Source: Priapulus caudatus
Lineage: Eukaryota
DNA: 64,000 bases
Reading direction: 5' to 3'
Assembly (NCBI RefSeq): GCF_000485595.1
Contig: NW_014577075.1
Location: 649,311-713,310, forward strand
Position numbers and translations under genes: made by a program. Below the pieces are notes generated by a model that saw only the letters and a list, made by a program, of their open reading frames with translations, was not told the origin of the DNA and ran no database searches. This document shows, piece by piece, positions 51,980 through 64,000 of this stretch; the first letter of the stretch is position 1; each line of letters opens with the position of its first letter.

Positions 51980-54900
51980 ACAACACCAGCACACCACCAC
52001 GCACGGCACGCGCGCAGTGATCGTCGGTTGCAAACGCTTACCACCCCGTCGAACACAGCCATTAATATGTTTCAATCAACGACATTATAAGGATCCAGCC
52101 GTGGCAAACAAACTGGATGTAAGCGCGGCTCTAAATCCATGCGCACGGGTAGCGTATTATTTGATAAGGTTACTCAGATTATCCCTCTACAGAGTTGAAA
52201 TCTATACGATTCTTCTTCACGACCTCGAGTGCTTCCCGCTGCGGATTCTGAACACTCTTGTCCTTCCTGAACGTTTTTGAGCAACGGTGTTTGTCCTAAA
52301 AAGATAAACAGGCTGTTTAGGTTTATCCAGTAACGTTTACAACAATAGTTTTTTACTTCGTTTTTTTTCATATACTTTTATTGTTTAACGAGTAATCGAG
52401 TATAAATAATTGATACTATCATATACTACCATTATATTTAGTATAATATTAATATATATATTATATCTATATATATATAAAGCCGGTACATAATAATCTC
52501 TCTTTATGTATCTTGAATAATAATATCAAGTAAATAAAGACAAATATAAGGTGTCAATTGGGTGTCAATATGGTGACAATATCGTGTCATTATTCACCTC
52601 TGCTAATGTGTGCACACACACGCGCGCTCATTTAGCACGTACTACCGTAATCGTTACTACTAAGTTTATTTATACACGAGCTTCAGCTACAGATGATTCA
52701 TTTTGCATGTATAGCACACGCTGTATATACAGCATCCTATTTCCTTACTACAGACCATAATATGATACACTAATAGCACCAGACTAATAAATTCACTCTG
52801 GCTCTATTATATGGTATAGGCGGTATAATATAATATATACGTGAGATACTTGGTCATGTTACAAGGTTGTAATTTCATTTCAAATCTGGCTTCAAGAATT
52901 TATAAAAATCATTTTAATAATTCAAAATTATCAGCATGAACATATTCTCTTAAAACGTATGGTAGGCCTACATCTGAACATCATATTCGTGAGATTTTCA
53001 ATTTTCCTACACCTTTATTTTCCTAAAATATGATACTATTCTGTAATCGTAAATCGGATTGTGTTACGTAGTTATCCGGCCGATATACTAGGATATAGGT
53101 TTTACGATTCATATACGCAGGGTTTAATAATGACAAACTGTCAAATATCATTATTAACCCATGATATACGTCATCGGCCACGTATGAACAGTCACAATAT
53201 CGTTTCAATGCGACTATGTCCTTTCGCGGTCGCAGAGGTCAACTGGTCGCTATCGTCGTCTGCTTACCTCGCGTGTCCACATGACGGCGGGTGGCGGGTT
53301 ACCTTCCGCGTCGCACAGGATGTCAACCGTGTCGCCGACGGTGACAATTACTGGTGACGAGTTCGGCGTCATGACTAACGTCAGCGGAGCTGCAACAGTT
53401 GATTGACGGCGCTGGTAAATAGCTGGGATTTTCGCACCTGGCCCAACATCTAAGTTTATATTGATTTATGATCAATAATCGATGATGGTAATAATCGCCG
53501 CCGTGAAGTGTTGGTTTATACGTCTCCCGGATTTTGGGTAAATAAACCAACCACATTACACGCGAATTGCGTATTATTACGTACCTGAGTTTAATTCTAT
53601 CGGATTGGGTTGGCAACCGATTGAGGAGGGGGAGGTTGCGTGTGAATGAATGTACTATTGCACCTTCACATTGTAAACGAGTACTATCTAGTGTATAGCC
53701 TATAACGAAGGGTGAGTCACAGACGTAGTTACAGTAGTAGGCGTGTGTAATGACATACTCTGTACGTGAACGTAAATCTCGAGCTTCTCCTTTTTGTAGT
53801 TGCAGCTGTAGCTACCGACGTGTCGCGGGCTGTTCACTCCAGTGATGACTAGATCCCAGCGTGAAGGGCTGTTCGGCAGGCTATAGGAGGTAACGTCAGC
53901 AAACAGGTACGGGCCCTGTGATATCAGCTTGCCGTCCTTTTGCCACGTGATCGAGTAGACATCAGTTTCTGAAACATTCGAGACGACATTGCTCGTAGCA
54001 GCGTCGCCTGTCAGGGGACCCCCGCCCGCGTTGCTATAGTTACGTGACACATTTGACGTTTTTTTTCAAATATTTTTTTAGAAAGGTTGACATCGTACGC
54101 ATCTTTAACTTTAACGCGTCTCTACTATTATCTCTATGCTTGTTTTGCTGCTATCCGATGTTTTGCCACTTTAGACGAAAGGAAACCTGTAACAAAACGC
54201 TGGTACGCTAGAAAGCTCAAACAGCCCCTGCGTGCTCAGCTAAGCCTTGTGCACGCAGTTTTTACATAAACCCCATAGAAACGCTTAGAATTCACGTTTT
54301 AAGCTCATTCGGGGTTTTTTTTCGCACCAGAAGCGCTAGCCGATAGATTCCTCTGGCCGTTGCGTATTATAGTTAAACGATTCGCGCAGGTTGAATCCTG
54401 ATTGACCTCGCAGACGAGTCTGTCTGACAGCAGGAGCTAACAGGAGCTAACAGGAGCTAACAGGAGCTAACAGCAGGAGCTAGTTTCCGCCAATCGATCG
54501 AGTTGCGCGAAAAAAAGGTTGTCGTATGCGTGTTATTTGACATTTAGGAGCTAGGGACGAACACGAAAACATGATCGCAATGCCTACGCCACCTGTTTTT
54601 TTTGCAACGTTTCCGTACGAGCAACCTTAGCTTTAATGTCCATAATGGCTTTATATAACCACGCTTGGCATTCACAGACGGTGCAAATCAATCTCAGACA
54701 CGCTCCGGCATCTCTGCGTCTCCTGCGTGCCTGCTGGTTCCCGTTAGCACTGATTATATAGATAACATCATAACACCGCAACCATTTCTGGAAGAACCCC
54801 CCCCCCCCTTCCTACGCATGACGGAAGAAACCCCCCTTTCCTACGCACGGCGGAAGAACCCCCCCCCCCTTCCTACGCACGGCGGAAGAAACCCCCCCTT

Positions 54901-56774
54901 TCCTACGCACGGCGGGAGAAACCCCCTTCCTACGCACGGCGGAAGAAACCCCTTTCCTACGCACGGCGGGAAAAACGCCTCCTCCTTGCTACGCACGGCG
55001 GGAGAACCCCCTCCCCCTTGCTACGCACGGAGCAAGGAACCCTCCTTCCTACACACGGCGTAAGAACCCCCTCCCCTCCCTACGCACGGCGCAAGGAACC
55101 CCCCTCCCTCTCTACGCACAGTGCAAGGAACCCCTCCCCCTTCCTACGCACGGCGGAAGAAACCCCCTCCCCCTTCCTACGCACGGNNNNNNNNNNACGC
55201 ATGACGGAAGGAACCCCTCCCCTTCCTACGCATAACGGAAGGAACCCCTCCCCCTTCCTACCCACGGCGGAAGAACCCATCCCCCTTCCTACGCATGACG
55301 GAAGGAACCCCTCCCCTTCCTACGCATAACGGAAGGAACCCCTCCCCCTTCCTACGCACGGCGCAAGAAACCCCCTCCCCCTTCCTACGCACGACGCGAT
55401 TTCGAGGGTCGCGCTGTCTGCGGTAAAACCGTAATCGCATTACATCGACGCAAGACAAGAGTCTACAACTGTGCCGCGGGGGCGTTTGCGAGAAGCCTAC
55501 GTGGCTTAAACGAGCCGTCGCTTAGCGAGGCGAGGCCCGGACGGGGTTGAAGCTGGCATGACGACGCGCACGCGACGCGCACGTGGCGACGCGCCGTGCC
55601 TGTGAAAAGAAAATCGCACCCGCGCACGCTTGATGGGTATGCCGACGAGTAGCGGACTCGGCGTTCCTACGCTGACCTTCGCGCCACCTACACCGCGACT
55701 GTGCCAGACGCTAATGAAGACCAGGAGTGCAGGGTATGCCTGCTGCGTGATGTGTGCCGCTGCTGTCACGCGGGGGGGGGTAACGGGTTGTGACCTTCCC
55801 CCACGTGGACCATGCGGTTTCGTCGGACCGACGTCTCGGCTTCCCTCACAGCCCGAGGTTCGGAAACAACACTAGAAGAACCAAGTGCATTTTGTAGAGT
55901 ATTTTGTGAATAATAATAAATCTATATATAGATCCTGCGGCGGTATCTGACGTGATATTTACGGTAGAGATATCCACTGGCTCCCTAACTCGGTGGCAAT
56001 AAAACTAGTGGCAACCAAGACCTTCTGGAATCGGTCTAACTAAAAATGCTACTGGCCGCGAGTAACTGCATGACGTTACGCGCTACCCTGGTAATGATGG
56101 AACGAAGGAGTAGTGTGTCCTTGGATAGCAGCATCCCGAAAGCAACTAGGCCTACTACCCTTTGACTTAATTTGATCCAATTTTCATCACTCCGAACACA
56201 GCCTCCTTTAGCATAAAGTGCTTTTAGACTTTCCTCTGGTATTTTTGCTGCATAAAGACGACAATGTGTCCGTTGATTAGTAGTAGGTAGGTCAACCATG
56301 CAAGTTGAACATCTAAATGCAATCTAAACGGAGATACCCCTTCTTTAATAGCAAGCGCTTGCTGCTGATGATTTACGGGGATAGTCGTGTACCACCACAT
56401 AGCGTATAATTATTGCCATTTTGCGACCATAAATTTGTTTCCCCGCTAAAAAAATACACGACGCCTGTTTAATTATAGCCCGCACTTACTTAGCTGTATG
56501 TAATAACCATCATGCTAATATAAATAGCTCAGCGCCCACACTTCCATGACGCATAATGACACTGCGTGCATGCGGACATTTACCGATAGATGGCGTCCGT
56601 GGCATGTACGTACGGGGAAAGCCGTACGCGTTACTCCGCATGACCGTTGCTCTCCGTATTTACCTGAGATGCCTTCTATAACGCAGGGTAGAGTCACATT
56701 GGCCCCTTCCTTCGGATATAGCTCCGTACTGCTGCCTTTTTTCTTCATGTGTTGTGCATCTACTAGCGATATCG
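46453..56774 (-). CDS. Immunoglobulin-superfamily cell-surface protein: 3 Ig + 1 FN3 + probable GPI signal (klingon/wrapper-like architecture)
   Basis: Exons 56774-56664 (EGANVTLPCVI), 53968-53759 (ITWQKDG...LVITGV...GSYSC), 53389-53268 (GDTVDILCDAEGNPPPAVMWTRE), 51190-51046 (LFMENVTMAVAGTYVCTA), ~49646-49465 (KPEI...ITWLQ), ~49030-48830 (LSIHIDVRSDDHGCYT, indel-damaged), 48270-48143 (FLMWTTKSYAPILSYIVLYR), 47885-47699 (FEITGLHPDSVYQIQIQAKNQHGVS), 47428-47387 and 46577-46453 (hydrophobic terminus FLAFLCAAVISL*). Splice phases fit except around the third Ig domain. Confidence 0.85.
46675..47165. repeat. ~490-bp (CA)n-containing segment duplicated at 51908-52415
   Basis: aatgtagacacgtttacacacgcacgcatgcgcg(ca)n...ggatcc...cagtaacgtttaca..atagtttttac...gtataaataattgat is shared, differing mostly by indels. 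Confidence 0.85.
54790..55392. repeat. ~30-32-bp C-rich minisatellite in an intron of the Ig gene
   Basis: Unit ttcctacgcacggcggaagaaaccccctcccc repeated about 19 times with variable C-run length; contains a small gap. Confidence 0.92.
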
Positions 56775-58818
56775 CTGTAAGAGAGTGAAATAAGACAATG
56801 TTACGGCCGAATGTGGTCGTCATGGAGATTATATGGGCATCGAAAACCCGGCCAGCAACGCGCATAGGCAGACGATGACAACAAGCGATTTACACGTGAA
56901 AGAAAATTGATATAGAACCCGAAAAAGGAGCGAGGTGACCGCCTGCTAATATCGATATAGGCCCGATTGTGGGAATGCGGTATGTGGGCAAGCGAACCTG
57001 TAAACATAGTTATGGGATGTTTTGACGGTCGGTGTAGAATAATGCCCTGCCGGCGACTCGTTGTTGACGATGGATGCCACAAACGATAAACAACTGGCGT
57101 GTTTATACTGGATGTTTATTAATGAACATTAACGTCTCTCCGCGGATTTATTTGGATTTATTTGTACATGTTAAGAGCTCTGTAATCTATGTCAAGATCG
57201 TATCTTGGGGGTGGGGGTACTATCCAGAGATCTGTAGGTCGGTTTTATGCTAACATTTTATTGTTATCTTTGCCCATTGCGCTCATACCATGCGTTAAAA
57301 CATCTCGCTGATAGTAAAGAAGCGATTAAATCAAAACGAGGCGTCGCCGCTAATGTTTATTTTGGAAATATCTGCGAGCGTCAACACGAGTGAGTGTCTA
57401 CCGCGGGCGTGACGGTGGATGAATACGGCGGGTCGTGTGATTCACTGCACTCACTATGTCCAGGTGGCTATTTGATAGTCTATACATAAGAGAAGTTATA
57501 GTGTATAGAAGAAATTGTAAAAGAGGTATAATGGTGGGGGTTATAGCGTGTAGAGAAGGCTATAGAAAAGGCAAGAGACTACAAGTGAGTTGTAAGAAAG
57601 GTATAATTGCGGTGTACGCGAGATATAAGCGAGGTCTTAAGTTGTTATAAGTGAGGAATAGGGAAATATTTAATTGAGGCTATTAGATGTTAAAATTATC
57701 AGAAGTCGAATGATAGCATCTATCATTCATTCTTCTCATAAACATACTTTAGTAACGCAATCAGGAGTATATTCGAAGTCACTCCTGTTCTATTATCGTC
57801 TATATCAACTCTATTATTATTTCATATTTATTAGTACTCCTAACTACCAGGAACTTTGCGTGCGTGCGTAGTAGTGCGTGGAACCGCCTCGGCCCACTCT
57901 TCCGCCTGCGCACAAACAGAATTATGGCATGCCCGGGGGCGAATTTATTTTCCTACACGTTATATCAAGAGCGTATAAAGAAGCATCAGAAAACTTGCTT
58001 ATCTACTGATCATAAACCATAACAAATATTTACAAATGGCGTTTGTTCCCTTGTTTTGAAGGTTTGTTGAGTCAAACTGTATAACTTTCTACGCAATCAA
58101 ATCAAAGCAGCCAATCAGAGGAGCCCAAAACTCTGCAATGAATATAACGTGTGGGAAAAAGAATTCGCTGCCCGCGCCGGACGCTGATGGCCCCGCTGTC
58201 GCGGGAGGTTAATCTCAAGCTTTCCATCACTCGTAAACGTCGTCTGCCCGGCCACGGCAGCAGCAGCAGCTGTCGTCGATACAGCGCCGACACATGTGCA
58301 TGGCTGCCGTTGGTCAGATAATAAAACGACGTTAGCGCGATGCAGCGGCCGACTGAAACCCGATGGTTCTGTCGGCGCAGTAAGGTGTGCACGGCTCGCC
58401 GAACATTTCCGGAATCACGCCCGATGTGTTTATCGCGTGCTGCGTGCGTATGTTCGGTCGATCAGTCGTTCGTTCCATCGTTCGTTCCTTCGTTTATTCC
58501 TTCGTTCGTTCTTTCGTTCGTTCATTCGTTTGGTTGGTCTGTCGGCTGCTCGTACGTTCGTTCGTTCGTTAGTTTATTCGTTCGTGCGTCCGCGCGTAGG
58601 CGCGACCGTTTGGCATTATAACGCGTGATGACGATTAGATACAATAACGTAACCCAAACACACTGATAGGGCCTATCCTGCCTATCCTGTGTTTGGGTTA
58701 CGTTATTGTATCTAGATGACGATGTACGGTTCACAGCATGCCGTTCCGCGTCGTTGTCTTCGCTACTCGCATCGTCGCCGGTACCACAGTGTAAACAAGA
58801 GATGATCCAATTACTCAC

Positions 58819-58884
58819 TGTAACCGCGGCGCGCCTGTACTACTAGGAGCGCTCCACTAGAGCGGCTTCGATAGTCCAGCGCAT
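58819..58884 (-). CDS. Candidate first (signal peptide) exon of the Ig/FN3 gene
   Basis: ATG CGC TGG ACT... reads MRWTIEAALV(G)ALLVVQARRGY and ends at a strong donor (|gtgagt). One extra base is needed to keep frame and give the phase 1 that exon 56774 requires. Confidence 0.35.
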
Positions 58885-59316
58885 CCAATAAACACGTATT
58901 CGCGCCAGATATCGCATTACCGACTTTATTGAGATGTGTCTCGCGTCGTGTGACACTGGTGCGGCTCAAACTGTTACTGCCTTAAAGCTGCAATATCACT
59001 CAGGTCACCAACGCATTGGGATCGCGATTTTCCTTCTGTTCACTACTCCTAAACATCACGCATGACAGAAAAGTAACACTTTCCTACTTTCACATGCAGC
59101 TTAATGCCCGTATATGTCTCCGTATATATTCACCACTAAACTGAATCAACCTTGTCCGTTTGGAACAAGTCAGCCAAGCCAACAATAGGTAGTACAACAT
59201 TACAAAAAACACAATGTCAACATTTATGTAAGACATTCACTCAGTATATGGGCAGCAGCCTCCGCCGCCACAACAACAACAACAACAACAACGGTACCCG
59301 CATCACTAATGAAGAT

Positions 59317-59536
59317 GGGGTTGTTGTCGTATCAGGTACTACAGATATGTACCCGAGGTAGTTTTAGGTTGTTTAGTATTACGTTTATATTTTTATATGA
59401 GGTATGTTTAGAGTTAGGGTTAGTGTTAGGGTACACTTCTGTAGTACAAGTCTGGTACACTTTGTGTATACATAATTATATGGGGGGGGGGCTACCTCGG
59501 GTACATATCTGTAGTACCTGATACGACAACGACCCC
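59317..59536. mobile_element. 220-bp non-autonomous element with ~44-bp terminal inverted repeats and internal TTAGGG-like motifs
   Basis: ggggttgttgtcgtatcaggtactacagatatgtacccgaggtag ... ctacctcgggtacatatctgtagtacctgatacgacaacgacccc; partly repeated after the gap at 60458-60617. Confidence 0.75.
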
Positions 59537-62500
59537 TTGAGCATCACTAACAAGAGCAGTGGAGCAGCAGTAGCATTAGCTTAGCATTAGCAGTAGCAGT
59601 AGCGTATAGCAGTAGGCCTATAGCAGAAGGCCTACAGCATACGGTTAGCAGTAGCTTTAGCAAGTACGTAGCAGTAGCATAGCAGCAGCGACCATGCAGT
59701 AACGTTAGATAGACGGTATATTGGGTACTTTGATGTAGAATTGTAGCAAATTTGTATGTATAATGTAGTAATTGTATTAGTATACTTGACTTAGACATTA
59801 TGCATTCCCTTCACTATAATTATTACTTATAATGACAAACATCTNNNNNNNNNNNNNNNNNNNNNNNNNNNNNNNNNNNNNNNNNNNNNNNNNNNNNNNN
59901 NNNNNNNNNNNNNNNNNNNNNNNNNNNNNNNNNNNNNNNNNNNNNNNNNNNNNNNNNNNNNNNNNNNNNNNNNNNNNNNNNNNNNNNNNNNNNNNNNNNN
60001 NNNNNNNNNNNNNNNNNNNNNNNNNNNNNNNNNNNNNNNNNNNNNNNNNNNNNNNNNNNNNNNNNNNNNNNNNNNNNNNNNNNNNNNNNNNNNNNNNNNN
60101 NNNNNNNNNNNNNNNNNNNNNNNNNNNNNNNNNNNNNNNNNNNNNNNNNNNNNNNNNNNNNNNNNNNNNNNNNNNNNNNNNNNNNNNNNNNNNNNNNNNN
60201 NNNNNNNNNNNNNNNNNNNNNNNNNNNNNNNNNNNNNNNNNNNNNNNNNNNNNNNNNNNNNNNNNNNNNNNNNNNNNNNNNNNNNNNNNNNNNNNNNNNN
60301 NNNNNNNNNNNNNNNNNNNNNNNNNNNNNNNNNNNNNNNNNNNNNNNNNNNNNNNNNNNNNNNNNNNNNNNNNNNNNNNNNNNNNNNNNNNNNNNNNNNN
60401 NNNNNNNNNNNNNNNNNNNNNNNNNNNNNNNNNNNNNNNNNNNNNNNNNNNNNNNNNTATTACGTTTATATTTTTATATGAGGTATGTTTAGAGTTAGGG
60501 TTACTGTTAGGGTACACTTCTGTAGTACAAGTCTGGTACACTTTGTGTATACATAATTATATGGGGGGGGGGCTACCTCGGGTACATATCTGTAGTACCT
60601 GATACGACAACGACCCCTTGAGCATCACTAACAAGAGCAGTGGAGCAGCAGTAGCATTAGCATTAGCATTAGCAGTAGCAGTAGGCCTATAGCAGTAGGC
60701 CTATAGCAGAAGGCCTACAGCAGTAGCAGTAGCAGTAGCTGTAGCAGTAGCAGTAGCAGTAGCAGTAGCAGCAGCGACATGCAGTAACCGTTAGATAGAC
60801 GGTATTTTGGGTAGTTTGATTGGTGTAACATTGTAGCAAAATATTTTGGTATTATAATGTAGTAATTGTATGTAGTATATTGACTTGAGACATTATGGCA
60901 TTCGTGTCACTTAATTATTATTCTTTATATTAGACATAATCAATCTGTAATTCGTTGAGAATCAACTTGACAGCAGACAGGCATTTTGAATCGGTCTAAT
61001 TATACAAGATTATTATTCAGTGTGGTATATGCGGGTAGACAGGGCATGTACTGTACCATCATCCGTGCATACAGGATCCTTGACCGATGAGTGGGGTCGT
61101 TCCATGTGCAGCTGTTGAACTTCCTTGCTTACACTAATCGGGATGTTTTCGATGCGAAATCCCAACCGAAACGACAAAGGAAATGGAAGCTGGCTATCCG
61201 CTGACGTCGCGGCTCGATCCCTAATGAATGTTATTTTATTCGACCAATAGATGGCGGCCGGCGTTAATGGCGCTATAAGCGGTGTGGATTAGCCGCAGAT
61301 TTCCACGCGGCAACGCCGTAATAGGTTCAGTAACGCCTTACGTAATCTTACCGGACCGAACATTCAACACCGAGAGTAAGGACTACTCCGCGAAGCAGAT
61401 GTTTAACAAATGTCTTATAGAGGAAGGGAGTCGCGAGCCATTCGACAAGCGTGCGTAAACTTCCTTGCAGTCGCTGTGCTGAACATCTAAGAGCGGTGCA
61501 CTCACGCAGGAAGAGGCGATGCGAGTGGATATTTATTTTCTATATTGTTGCGCGCATCATTTTTTTTAACTCGCTCTAATGTTTGGAACATTCGGTCAAA
61601 AGAAAGAACGGGAGTGGGATGAAGTTAATGAACAGCATCCCTAGAACACAGCTCATAATGAGAAATGCGTTCACACGCACATACGCGCGCACACACGCAC
61701 GCACGCACGCATGAAGAAAGAGACAGGAATTTCGACCTAACGCAGCGTGAATACTCCATGGTCAATCGCAAGTAATTGCGCCGCTAAGTAAGCCGCAAGC
61801 ATAGCTGGCTGTTTCGGCACTACACCAGCAGGGGGTCATGACATCAAACATAAACATCAAAGTCTATAAGCGGAAACGCTGCCCTTCCTGCGTTTAAGGA
61901 AGGCGGTCGGGAAGGTTCCACAACTAGTCACCGAAAATAACCGGAGGTATTCAGGACTCCCTCGTTATCGTCTGTCTCTGTATTTGTTCTGGCGTAGGGA
62001 AGCCCTCACAGCTTGTATAGACCCGCGCTCTAGACGTTCCGTCACGAGCGGCTTCGTTCGCATCAAGTCGACGCGCAACAGTCTAACCGAATCGGATTTG
62101 TCACGTTCCGGCAGACGGACTCTGTGTATGTGTAATACGGAAAAGAAAGCAAACATCAAATGAAATGCGTTTGCAATCGATAGGATACTAGGCTAGAGTT
62201 ACCGCCGTTTGTGGCTTTAGCGGTTATATCGGAACCGGCATAATCTCGCTCCCGGCTGAGCAAGAATGCGTCAAATGAAGTGCGGACGGACCGGCGGGCG
62301 CGGGTTAGCCCCTTAACGACAGCTGTCGACATGTTTCATAACATCGGCTTACCTACCGAGCACGCGGACCATCATGTCATTACCCTGCGAGCGAAAGTTA
62401 CGCTGATCATGCACCCGTCTCGTACGAGGAAGGTGAATTTGTTTACTATGTTTAAAGGCCAGTGACATTGACGAATAAAGACACTCGAAACGCGTCTTGC

Positions 62501-64000
62501 AATTACTCGATACAGTTTATTCAGCTCCGATCAGCTAGCTCTCCTGTGTGCGCGCGAGTGCCCGTGTGCGTTTGCGTGCGTGTGTGTTTTATGCGCGTAT
62601 GTATGCGTGTGTGGCAGTCACGTAGGGGCTGGTAATTATTTTCATATTGAAGCCAATAAATCCATCCGTATCTCTAGCTTATTCAACGAACGGAACACTT
62701 TCTCTCTTTATTGGCCCAGTAGAATTCCAACGAACATTTACTGGCAGCAGTAGCGGCCCCGTTACAGTTAACCTGCCAATACGATGGCAACATCTCTTTC
62801 CATTTTCTCTCGGCGCCATATTGGGGGCTTTTTGTGCGCAAAAGCTCGTGAATTGAGTCGTACGAAGTGACGTGTATTATGTTTCGCGTGCCTTTCAACG
62901 ATTCGCAAATCAGACGAAGCGCGTAATTCTTTTCAGATGACAGTCAAACGGTCTCGCAGACAAGGCGCTCGCGCATGCGCGGCAACGCGCGCGAAAGTTG
63001 CACCCACCACTCGCTAAAGCCACGCAGACCGCTTCACCCCGACCTTTTCGACCGAACATTCGCGATGTGCTCGAGTTATTTCAGAGAGGCCACGTGTAGA
63101 TTTGTCAACTAGCGATTGGTTCTTGAAGTGAGGAGCTACTTACTGCCATCTATCGTAAAAAGTGCACATGTTTGTTATACGTGCTTGCCCCAAAAACATC
63201 GGATATACGACTCCAATGATTGCCCAGGGAATTTGTATTTATATTTAGTTTAAAAAATAATATCATCCTTGAGAGCAGCTTGTGGTTGTATTAAGTGTGA
63301 TTCGTTATTCCGTTTCCGCGAAAAAGATCACAACCATTTTTTTAAAATATAACTTCGCTAAACCCGTGACATTCCCCGATAAACGACGGGTATTGCTTTT
63401 CTATTAGACTCACTCTGTAAGTCGTTGAGCCACAAAATTATGAGAGGTTGAGATGGGGTTGCGAGGAGTAATAATATCAGGAGTATCGTAATATAGACTA
63501 TATCAGGAGTGAATAATAGAGCTATTATTATTCCCTCCTGACTATAGCAAGGACTTATACTAGAAGAAGATATCATTATCTAGATTATGACACTGCTTAT
63601 ACTATGTACATGTAAACTCATTATACGTTGCTACTCTATTGTCTCTATATGGCTGGTTGCCTGACGAGCTAAAAGTCGACATGACATGGACACATGAACA
63701 ATTATGGCGGCGAGCGCTGATCACACACGCACCAGCGGACGCGGACAGTTCAGCAGTTCCAGCCGCAATAATGACGAGAGTTATCGCTGTTCGACGCTTG
63801 CCCGAGTACGCGTGAAGTAACGGCTTCATTCGGCGCGGTTTGACACAGATTTTGCCGAATGGCAGGCACGGGCACTTGCAACGTTTCAATAGTAAAATAA
63901 TGATAAATAAACACGAAATGTATTTACTACCAAAGTCTTAATGTTTCTCTGCTCTCTTTCGCCTATTATTGCCGATAATTTCCTGTAAATGCCGTTCAGA

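Noticed and set aside
56036..56299. 87-aa ORF with a vague resemblance to a transposase C-terminal region
   Set aside because: No diagnostic motif I can support without a profile search.
59798..60602. 247-aa and 256-aa ORFs, and the duplication of 59377-59844 at 60458-60946
   Set aside because: The ORFs are mostly the N gap; the duplicated flanks on either side of a gap are most simply an unmerged assembly overlap.
60950..64000. Short ORFs in the last 3 kb
   Set aside because: No recognisable domains or consistent exon chain; probably intergenic or upstream regulatory DNA.

Overview
Eukaryotic (invertebrate-animal-like) genomic DNA with spliceosomal GT-AG genes, abundant microsatellites, several N gaps and long indel-rich stretches that look like uncorrected long-read fill. 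Genes I could rebuild exon by exon: (1) the 5' part of a secreted berberine-bridge-enzyme-like FAD oxidoreductase (minus, runs off the left edge, middle exons not visible); (2) two divergently transcribed two-pore-domain K+ channel (K2P) genes, a 7-exon minus-strand gene (33871-37911) with an atypical first selectivity filter (TVVGYG) and a 3-exon plus-strand gene (41533-43679) with a Gln-rich N-terminus; (3) a minus-strand 3xIg + FN3 + probable GPI-anchor adhesion gene of klingon/wrapper-like architecture (46453 to at least 56774). Positions ~5.9-33.2 kb are a repeat block in which an ~8.6 kb composite unit recurs about three to four times: a ~180-bp tandem repeat, a 26-bp CCAAT-box minisatellite that reverses polarity in its middle and is bracketed by ~450-bp diverged inverted repeats, and a truncated Penelope-like retroelement with inverted pseudo-LTRs. 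The most interesting non-coding signals are hammerhead-ribozyme motifs (a U3-A8 core variant in the Penelope pseudo-LTRs, and a head-to-head pair forming a ~215-bp palindrome just downstream of the minus-strand K2P gene), the foldback CCAAT-array element, an orphan THAP exon and a family of 26-46 bp CAGGAG...CTCCTG micro-hairpins. All calls come from reading the sequence by eye; no database searches were run, and the copy number of the repeat block may be an assembly artefact.
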